From the sequence record SRR22947727_1657: DNA of 44,219 nucleotides; one strand, 5' to 3'. Positions 37,527 to 44,219 of this stretch are shown piece by piece. The position numbers and the translations under genes are program-made. Each line of letters starts with the position of its first letter. Within the stretch, counting starts at the first letter, position 1. The notes beneath the pieces were generated by a model. It was not told where the DNA came from, ran no database searches, and saw only the letters and a list, made by a program, of their open reading frames with translations.

Positions 37527-38302
37527 AAAAGCAATTTTTAAGCCATATACTGATCAATAGGTTTTTATGGGTTTTTTTGTTGGTGTTAATACATGCGTGT
37601 AATATGGAAAAAGTAGAAAATCCTATGATGATTGGACACAGGGGTGCCATGGGTTATGAAACTGAAAATACGTTGGCCTCTATTAATAAAGCGGTAGCGC
37701 TAGGCGCAGCTATGATAGAAATAGATGTTTTTCAGATTGCTAGTGGAGAATTGGTTGTGTTTCACGACAATGAATTGGATCGCTTGTCTAATGCTACGGG
37801 ACCTATTACTTCCTTTACCTGGGAAGCACTGCAAGAAGTGGTTTTAGAAGGAGGACATAGCATACCACTTTTAAAAACTGTTCTAGATCAATTGGCGGGA
37901 AAAGCTGCTTTAAACATTGAGCTTAAGGGTCCAAATACAGCAGCTCCTGTTGCTAGTTTGCTAAAATCGTATCTTTCGCACGGCACTTGGGAAGAAGAAG
38001 GTCTTTTGATTTCTAGTTTTGATTGGGCACTATTGTTCGAAACAAGGAAATTGCTCCCGAAAATTTCCATTGGAGTACTTACAGAGGGACCACCTTTAGA
38101 AGCCATACCTGTGGCTAAACAACTGAGCGCGGTGGCGATTAATCCTTATTACAAAGACTTGGATGCCACTATTGTGGCTCAAATTCATGCAGCCGGTTTT
38201 AAGGTATATACCTGGACGGTGAATACTCCAGAAGATTTAAAAAACACAAAGACACTTGGCGTAGACGCTGTTTTTACCAACTATCCTGACCGTACTTTTT
38301 AA
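37523..38302 (+). CDS. Glycerophosphodiester phosphodiesterase (GDPD family), possibly a lipoprotein
   Basis: IGHRGA, ENTLAS, IEIDV, VVFHD, NIELK, ISSF, WTVN, FTNYP. ATGA overlap with the GH65 stop. N-terminal hydrophobic stretch ending LIHA-C. Confidence 0.9.
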   Translation: MKKQFLSHILINRFLWVFLLVLIHACNMEKVENPMMIGHRGAMGYETENTLASINKAVALGAAMIEIDVFQIASGELVVFHDNELDRLSNATGPITSFTWEALQEVVLEGGHSIPLLKTVLDQLAGKAALNIELKGPNTAAPVASLLKSYLSHGTWEEEGLLISSFDWALLFETRKLLPKISIGVLTEGPPLEAIPVAKQLSAVAINPYYKDLDATIVAQIHAAGFKVYTWTVNTPEDLKNTKTLGVDAVFTNYPDRTF

Positions 38303-39549
38303 TGGTAGACGTGGCCATTATAGGAGGGGGTGCAGCGGGGTATTATGCGGCCATTCAGACCGCATTGCTGAACCCTACTTTGCGAATTGCCCTTTTTGAA
38401 AAAGGAGCTATGGGCCTAGAGAAAGTAAAAATTTCAGGTGGGGGTAGGTGCAATGTCACCCACGACGCCTTGGAACCAGATTTTTTAGCGTCCCATTACC
38501 CCAGAGGTGAAAAAGCCCTACTGGGACCATTTCATCATTATGGTCCAAAAGAAGTGATTGCTTTTTTTGAATCACAGGGGGTTCCTTTAAAAATTGAATC
38601 AGATGGAAGAATGTTTCCTGTAGCCAATACTTCTTCAGCAATCATAGATTGTTTTACTTCTTTGAGAGAAAAACTGGGCATTGCCTTACAGTCAAAAACA
38701 GTGGTTAAAGCCATTGAACCCATAGTTGGGTCTGGTTGGAATATTCTCACTGCAACAGAAACTTTTTCTGCAAAAAAGGTGTTAATGGCTACCGGGAGTA
38801 GTCCCAAAATGACACGCATGCTCGAGGAATTGGGACATGGGGTAGAACTTGCAGTGCCCTCTTTGTTTACTTTTAATATAAAAGATCCAAGAATCGAAGG
38901 TTTGGCTGGTTTAAGTACCCCTGCACTGGTGCATTTAAAACTGCCCGGCCTAAAGCAGAAAAAAGCCCTTTATGCAAAGGGTCCCTTACTAATTACCCAT
39001 TGGGGACTGAGCGGTCCGGCTATTTTAAAGCTTTCTGCTTGGGGTGCGCGTTTGTTATATGGATTGGATTACAACTTTACTATAAGTGTCAATTTCTTAC
39101 CCCAATATAAACATGCGCAAGAGGTCCTTGAAGCACTGCATGCTTTAAAGAAAAAAGACCCTAAAAAAACCCTGTTCAAATGGGTCCCTTTTGGACTTCC
39201 CAAACGTTTGTGGCAAAGCTTGTTAATGCATCTAGAAATTCCTTCGGATTTAATTTGGGCCAATATCACTAAAAGCCAACTTCAATCCTTGTCAGAAGGC
39301 CTAAGTACTTCGGAATTCGAAGTGAATGGGAAGAGTACTTTTAAAGAGGAGTTTGTGACTGCTGGTGGAATTAATTTAAAAGAAGTCTCATTTACAGATG
39401 CTCAAAGCAAAAAATTCCCAGGCTTATATTTTGCAGGGGAGCTTTTAAATATAGACGCCATTACAGGAGGGTTTAATTTTCAGAACGCTTGGACCACTGC
39501 TTATTTAGCCGCTAAAGGAATGGTGCAAAGCCTAAAAGAATCTAATTAA
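38302..39549 (+). CDS. HI0933/BaiN-family flavoprotein
   Basis: IIGGGAAG, KVKISGGGRCNVT, GRMFP, LLITHWGLSGPAIL, VTAGG, FAGELLNIDAITGGFNFQNAW. Confidence 0.93.
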   Translation: MVDVAIIGGGAAGYYAAIQTALLNPTLRIALFEKGAMGLEKVKISGGGRCNVTHDALEPDFLASHYPRGEKALLGPFHHYGPKEVIAFFESQGVPLKIESDGRMFPVANTSSAIIDCFTSLREKLGIALQSKTVVKAIEPIVGSGWNILTATETFSAKKVLMATGSSPKMTRMLEELGHGVELAVPSLFTFNIKDPRIEGLAGLSTPALVHLKLPGLKQKKALYAKGPLLITHWGLSGPAILKLSAWGARLLYGLDYNFTISVNFLPQYKHAQEVLEALHALKKKDPKKTLFKWVPFGLPKRLWQSLLMHLEIPSDLIWANITKSQLQSLSEGLSTSEFEVNGKSTFKEEFVTAGGINLKEVSFTDAQSKKFPGLYFAGELLNIDAITGGFNFQNAWTTAYLAAKGMVQSLKESN

Positions 39550-40015
39550 GCCACCAAATAGCGGCGTTTAAGGCAGTGGCAAAACCCACCCAAGCCATGT
39601 ATGGAAGGAGTAAATAGGCCGCTTTTGGAAGGACTATTTTAAACCATTTAAAAGTAAACAGCAGCAACACATTGAGTCCTAAGATTACTACCAAGGCCAT
39701 TAAAGGATTTTTTAATCCGAAAAATGTAATGGACCAGAGTGCATTGAGTAAGAGCTGGAATAAAAAATGGTAGAGGGCTGTCTTTACCCATACATGGTAA
39801 TATCCTTTTGCCCAAACCAATCCTGCGGCTACACCCATCATAATATACAACAAGCTCCATACCGGTGCAAATACCCAATTGGGTGGGTTAAAAAAAGGCT
39901 TTTCAAGGCCTAGATACCAACCATTCACAGAACTTTGGGTAGCAAAACTAGATAAAAAGCCCACCAAAAGACAGATCGTTACGGAGATGAAGATGTAGTA
40001 GATGGTTTTTTTCAA
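39542..40015 (-). CDS. tspO: TspO/MBR-family tryptophan-rich sensory protein (TTG start)
   Basis: WYLGLEKPFFNPPNWVFAPVW, QLLLNALWSITFF, LLPYMAWVGFATALN. Confidence 0.95.
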   Translation of the reverse strand: MKKTIYYIFISVTICLLVGFLSSFATQSSVNGWYLGLEKPFFNPPNWVFAPVWSLLYIMMGVAAGLVWAKGYYHVWVKTALYHFLFQLLLNALWSITFFGLKNPLMALVVILGLNVLLLFTFKWFKIVLPKAAYLLLPYMAWVGFATALNAAIWWLN

Positions 40016-40112
40016 TTTCTCATATTTTATAAGAACACTAAAATACCAAAAATATGGACGCTTTGTTTATTTATATTGATTAATAGCTTCCACATAATAG
40101 ATTCATATACCC

Positions 40113-40120
40113 TATATTTG
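40113..40120 (+). promoter_or_regulatory. -7 promoter element of the mvaD operon
   Basis: TATATTTG, 15 nt upstream of the ATG at 40136. Confidence 0.6.
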
Positions 40121-40135
40121 CTTTAAAATATTTTT

Positions 40136-41251
40136 ATGGAAGCTGTTGGCTTTATACCTTCATCGCAACACCTTGTTCAGACCAATAAAACAGTGACTTG
40201 GGCGTCTCCAAGCAACATAGCTTTGGTTAAATATTGGGGAAAATACGACCCTCAGATTCCAGCCAATCCATCAATTAGTTTTACCCTAAATCACTGTAAT
40301 ACCAAAACATCAGTGACCTTGGTTGATCAAAGCATGCTTAGTGATAAAAGCACTGGGGCCTTCTCTTTTGAATTTTCTTTTGAGGGGGCTCCCAAACCAG
40401 ATTTTCATCCAAAAATAGCCTCTTTTTTTGCAAGGGTTTTTGATTATTTACCCTTTTTAAAAACATATCATTTGGTGATTAACAGTGAAAACACCTTTCC
40501 CCATTCAAGTGGAATAGCTTCATCTGCAAGTGCTATGGCAGCACTTTCACTTTGTTTGTTAGAATTGTCGGATGAGTTTCCTCCCAATGATCAAAACGTT
40601 TTTTCAGAAGCCTTTTATGCAAAAGCATCCTTTTTGGCAAGATTGGGATCAGGAAGTGCTGCGAGAAGCATTAGCGGCCCGCTCATGCAATGGGGTAAAA
40701 CACCAGGCTTTAAAGCCAGTCAAGACTTAGTTGCTGTGCCATTCAATAAAGTATTAGCCCCTATTTTTAAGAACTTTCAGGATACTATTTTACTGGTAGA
40801 CAAAGGAGAGAAAGTAGTGAGTAGTACTGTGGGCCATGGTTTAATGAAAGACCATCCCTTCGCTAAAGCTAGGTTTCAACAGGCCCATGATCAATTGGCT
40901 CTATTGACTGAGGCTTTGGTCTCAGGAGATATGGAAACTTTTATAAGTGTAGTGGAGTCAGAGGCATTAACACTTCATGCTATGATGCTGACCAGTAGTC
41001 CTTATTTTATATTGATGAAGCCTGGCACTTTATCTATCATTGAAAAAATTTGGAATTTTAGAAAAAACACTGCTTTGCCTGTTTGTTTCACACTAGACGC
41101 AGGTGCAAATGTACATTTGCTGTATCCAGAAATACATAAAGTTCAAGTGCTTCAATTTATTGAAAACGAATTAGTTGCCTATTGTCAAAATGGACAGTAT
41201 ATTTGTGACCAGGTTGGAAGTGGAAGCATATCTCACACCGTACAACCTTAA
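40136..41251 (+). CDS. mvaD: Diphosphomevalonate (or mevalonate-phosphate) decarboxylase
   Basis: SNIALVKYWGK, PANPSISFTL, FPHSSGIASSAS, RLGSGSAARS, FTLDAGANVH. Confidence 0.92.
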   Translation: MEAVGFIPSSQHLVQTNKTVTWASPSNIALVKYWGKYDPQIPANPSISFTLNHCNTKTSVTLVDQSMLSDKSTGAFSFEFSFEGAPKPDFHPKIASFFARVFDYLPFLKTYHLVINSENTFPHSSGIASSASAMAALSLCLLELSDEFPPNDQNVFSEAFYAKASFLARLGSGSAARSISGPLMQWGKTPGFKASQDLVAVPFNKVLAPIFKNFQDTILLVDKGEKVVSSTVGHGLMKDHPFAKARFQQAHDQLALLTEALVSGDMETFISVVESEALTLHAMMLTSSPYFILMKPGTLSIIEKIWNFRKNTALPVCFTLDAGANVHLLYPEIHKVQVLQFIENELVAYCQNGQYICDQVGSGSISHTVQP

Positions 41252-41264
41252 AAAATAACACCCT

Positions 41265-42203
41265 ATGAAAGGTCCCCTTTTTTACGCAAAGATTTTACTT
41301 TTTGGAGAGTATGGGATTATCAAAGACTCTAAAGGCCTTTCAATACCCTATAATGCTGCAATGGGAGCGCTAATCATTCCCAAGAATTCTGAAGAAGGGA
41401 ACCCCAGCTCAAATTCCAGCTTAGCAGGTTTTGCAGTACATTTAGCAGATTTGCAATCAAAGAACCCTGAGTTGTTTTCTTTTGATTTAAAACAACTAAA
41501 AGCAGATATTTCCAATGGATTGTATTTTGACTCCACCATTCCTCAGGGATACGGTATTGGAAGTAGTGGCGCACTAGTTGCTGCTATTTATGACAACTAT
41601 GCGCAGCATAAAATAACGGTTTTAGAGAATTTAACCCGAGAAAAATTACTGCAATTAAAACAACTTTTTGGGACCATGGAATCTTTTTTTCACGGAAAAT
41701 CTTCCGGCTTAGATCCATTGAATTCTTATTTGAGCTTGCCCATATTAATACACGCTCAAGACCATATAGCTTCTACAGCCATTCCATCTCAGCACACGGC
41801 TGGAAAGGGTGCTGTATTCTTATTAGATTCAGGCCAGGTTGGAGAAACAGCCCCCATGGTTCAATTGTTTATGGAACAAATGAAGCAGGAAGGTTTTAGA
41901 AACATGCTTAAAGACCAATTTATTAAGCATACAGATGCTTGTGTGGATGATTTTGTGAATGGAAATGTTCATTCCTTATTTTCTAATATGCGCCAATTGT
42001 CTAAGGTTGTATTAGACCATTTTAAACCAATGATTCCTACTGAATTTCACGAACTGTGGCGAGAGGGATTAAAAACGAATGATTACTACTTAAAACTTTG
42101 TGGTTCTGGAGGTGGAGGTTACATCTTAGGTTTTGCACCAGATCTTGAAAAAGCCCAAAAGGCTTTAAAGGATTACCACTTAGAAGTTGTTTATAATTTT
42201 TAA
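41265..42203 (+). CDS. mvk: Mevalonate kinase family (GHMP kinase)
   Basis: KILLFGEY, IPQGYGIGSSGA, FHGKSSGLD, KLCGSGGGG. Adjacent to mvaD. Confidence 0.88.
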   Translation: MKGPLFYAKILLFGEYGIIKDSKGLSIPYNAAMGALIIPKNSEEGNPSSNSSLAGFAVHLADLQSKNPELFSFDLKQLKADISNGLYFDSTIPQGYGIGSSGALVAAIYDNYAQHKITVLENLTREKLLQLKQLFGTMESFFHGKSSGLDPLNSYLSLPILIHAQDHIASTAIPSQHTAGKGAVFLLDSGQVGETAPMVQLFMEQMKQEGFRNMLKDQFIKHTDACVDDFVNGNVHSLFSNMRQLSKVVLDHFKPMIPTEFHELWREGLKTNDYYLKLCGSGGGGYILGFAPDLEKAQKALKDYHLEVVYNF

Positions 42204-42212
42204 TTCTAAGCT

Positions 42213-43118
42213 ATGTCTCAAAGTCCTCTATCGCGATTCGCTTTAAAGGGACTCGCATTCTTTTCTGTACTTAGGGGGTATAACATAGCCCTAATTGTGC
42301 TGGCACAATACCTATGTTCAATATTTATTCTAGCGCCAAATAAATCTTTAAAAGAAATTATTTTAGATCCTCATTTGGCATTATTAGTACTTTCCACAGC
42401 TATTGTGATAGGCAGTGGTTATATTATCAATAGCTTTTATGACGCAGAAAAGGACCTGATCAATAGACCTAGGAAAACACTCTTAGACCGACACATATCA
42501 CAACGCGCTAAAATTACCGCTTATTTTACGGGTAATTTTTTGGCTGTCTTTATGGCCAGTGCAGTCTCCTTTAGAGCGGTGGTTTTTTTTTCTGCTTATA
42601 TTTTTGGTATTTGGCTGTATTCTCACAAACTAAAGAGAATGGCTTTTTTGGGTAATGTTGTTTCTGCCTGTCTGGCGATTACGCCTTTTTTCACGGTGTT
42701 TGTATACCATAAAAATTTAGCTCCGGTGATCTTTGTCCAAGCAATTTTTCTATTCTTATTAGTGCTTGCCAGAGATATGGTGAAAGATTTAGAAAACCTT
42801 ACAGGAGACCTCACCCAAGATTATAAGACTGTGGCGGTTACTTATGGGACTAGATTTTCTAAGTATTGCGTGAGTATATTACTTGTAGCTACGGTATTTC
42901 CCACCTATTTATTAATCACTAAATTCAATGTGGGTTATATGGACTGGTATTTTAAAGGCGTATTTGTTTTACTGATTGCCGCAATTGTTGGCCTGTGGTT
43001 GGCCAAAGAAAAAAAGCAGTATTTGAACATTCACAACCTTTTAAAATTCATCATTGTTGGGGGCGTATTCGGTATTTTACTCATAGATCCAGAGCTGTTG
43101 CTGGGCAGGTTTATTTAA
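42213..43118 (+). CDS. UbiA-superfamily prenyltransferase, DGGGP-synthase-like
   Basis: Multi-TM protein. First motif GYIINSFYDAEKDLINRP, LYSHKLK, GNVVSA, second motif RDMVKDLENLTGD. Confidence 0.85.
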   Translation: MSQSPLSRFALKGLAFFSVLRGYNIALIVLAQYLCSIFILAPNKSLKEIILDPHLALLVLSTAIVIGSGYIINSFYDAEKDLINRPRKTLLDRHISQRAKITAYFTGNFLAVFMASAVSFRAVVFFSAYIFGIWLYSHKLKRMAFLGNVVSACLAITPFFTVFVYHKNLAPVIFVQAIFLFLLVLARDMVKDLENLTGDLTQDYKTVAVTYGTRFSKYCVSILLVATVFPTYLLITKFNVGYMDWYFKGVFVLLIAAIVGLWLAKEKKQYLNIHNLLKFIIVGGVFGILLIDPELLLGRFI

Positions 43119-43142
43119 TCGCTCCAATCTAAAACAATACAC

Positions 43143-43150
43143 TACCTTTG
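43143..43150 (+). promoter_or_regulatory. -7 promoter element of the pseudouridine synthase gene
   Basis: TACCTTTG, 16 nt upstream of the ATG at 43167. Confidence 0.6.
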
Positions 43151-43166
43151 CACAAAATAACAACAA

Positions 43167-44171
43167 ATGGGGCGTAATAATTTTGACGGCGATAAAAAAG
43201 CATCTGGACGCGGATCTGGAACTTTTAAAAAAACGAGTGGTGCTAGGGGAAATTCCCCTTCTCATAAAGGGAACAATAGTTCATTGGGTAAAAGCAGTTC
43301 TGAGGATTCTTCTCCTAATGCACGTTTAAAGCCTAGCGGGTCAAATAAAAAAGGCTACAGAAAAACAGTCAATAGAGATACATTTGGAGCTGGCTCACAA
43401 GCAAAAGGACCACAATTAGCAACTAAAACACCCGCTAAACCTGCCAAAAAAGGAGACGACAATTCGATCCGTTTAAATAGATACATTTCTAATTCTGGGG
43501 TTTGTTCTAGAAGAGAGGCAGATATTTTTATAGCTGCTGGAAGTGTAAAAGTCAATGGAAAAGCAGTGGTTGAAATGGGTTATAAAGTAGCGCTTTCAGA
43601 TGTGGTTAGTTTTGACGGAGTTGTTTTGAACCCAGAAAAGAGAGCCTATATTTTATTAAACAAGCCCAAAGATTTTGATAGCTCCGCCACGGATGCTTCT
43701 CAACCAAAATCTGCCTTAGGACTTGTTGCAAATGCCACTAAGTCTAAAATTAAGCCAGTGGGTCGTTTAGATAAATCAGCCTCTGGATTGTTGCTTTTTA
43801 CCAACGATGGGGAATTACAAACCAAATTGACAAAACCAAAAAATGGTTTTAGAAAAATATACCATGCTACTTTAAGTAAATCACTTAAAGCGGACGATTT
43901 AGAGAAGGTAAGGAAAGGAATTGTGCTTGAAGATGGACCCGTTCGTGTTCATGAAATTTCAAATATTGAGGGATCTCCAGCTACTGAAGTAGGTATTGAA
44001 ATTTTAAGCGCAAAAAATAACATCATCAAAAGATTGTTCGATCACTTGGGTTATGAGCTCATTAAATTAGACAGAGTTGTCTATGCTGGTCTTACCAAAA
44101 AAGACCTACCTAGAGGACAATGGCGCACCCTTACAGAACAAGAAATTATCAACTTAAAAATGATACAATAA
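43167..44171 (+). CDS. rRNA pseudouridine synthase, RsuA/RluB family, with S4 domain and disordered basic N-terminal extension
   Basis: S4 domain IRLNRYISNSGVCSRREAD, LLNKPK, catalytic PVGRLDKSASGLLLFTNDG, LPRGQWRTL. Confidence 0.93.
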   Translation: MGRNNFDGDKKASGRGSGTFKKTSGARGNSPSHKGNNSSLGKSSSEDSSPNARLKPSGSNKKGYRKTVNRDTFGAGSQAKGPQLATKTPAKPAKKGDDNSIRLNRYISNSGVCSRREADIFIAAGSVKVNGKAVVEMGYKVALSDVVSFDGVVLNPEKRAYILLNKPKDFDSSATDASQPKSALGLVANATKSKIKPVGRLDKSASGLLLFTNDGELQTKLTKPKNGFRKIYHATLSKSLKADDLEKVRKGIVLEDGPVRVHEISNIEGSPATEVGIEILSAKNNIIKRLFDHLGYELIKLDRVVYAGLTKKDLPRGQWRTLTEQEIINLKMIQ

Positions 44172-44189
44172 GCCTCATTTTTAACCCAT

Positions 44190-44219
44190 AAAAAGAGCGG
44201 CCTTTTATATAAAAGGCCG
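44190..44219. terminator. Hairpin, probable (bidirectional) terminator, truncated by the window end
   Basis: Perfect palindrome CGGCCTTTTATATAAAAGGCCG at 44198-44219 preceded by an A-run, 26 nt after the stop codon. Confidence 0.7.

Noticed and set aside
656-43555. Remaining short (60-117 aa) ORFs nested in or antisense to the called genes
   Set aside because: All overlap well-supported genes, many begin at GTG/TTG, and none has a recognisable motif.
1-44219. Mobile elements, prophage, anti-phage defence genes, tRNA/rRNA, CRISPR
   Set aside because: No integrase, transposase, nuclease or cas motifs, repeat-spacer arrays or structural RNA signatures were recognised, and intergenic gaps are short.

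Overview
AT-rich, gene-dense chromosomal window from a Bacteroidota bacterium, most likely a marine Flavobacteriaceae (SusC/SusD pair, TAnnTTTG -7 promoter elements, A-rich translation initiation regions, mevalonate pathway genes). From left to right: (1) a probable phosphate-starvation locus with a partial lipoprotein missed by the ORF track, a non-SusC TonB-dependent receptor and divergent phoP/phoR, where two promoters share identically phased 11-bp repeats; (2) housekeeping genes trmB, a LysE-type protein and an alkyltransferase-like protein; (3) an Fe-S maturation/electron-transfer block (Mrp/ApbC, Nfu, TrxR-type ferredoxin-NADP reductase, 2Fe-2S ferredoxin) with a Fur-box-like site; (4) an ABC exporter, an Ntn-hydrolase acylase and a secreted hypothetical protein; (5) an atypical ~22.5 kb polysaccharide-utilisation-like locus; (6) GDPD, an HI0933 flavoprotein, tspO, mvaD, mevalonate kinase, a UbiA/DGGGPS-like prenyltransferase and an rRNA pseudouridine synthase. 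The locus in (5) is the best candidate for an uncharacterised system. A LacI regulator with its operator, pgmB and a GH65 phosphorylase lie on one side. On the other, SusC-SusD is followed not by glycoside hydrolases but by three paralogous ~1,090-aa double-propeller FG-GAP/ASPIC-UnbV lipoproteins, an orphan lipoprotein, a vanadium-dependent haloperoxidase-family lipoprotein and a sodium:solute symporter. I recognised no rRNA, tRNA, CRISPR array or mobile element. All functional calls come from reading motifs by eye; no searches were run.
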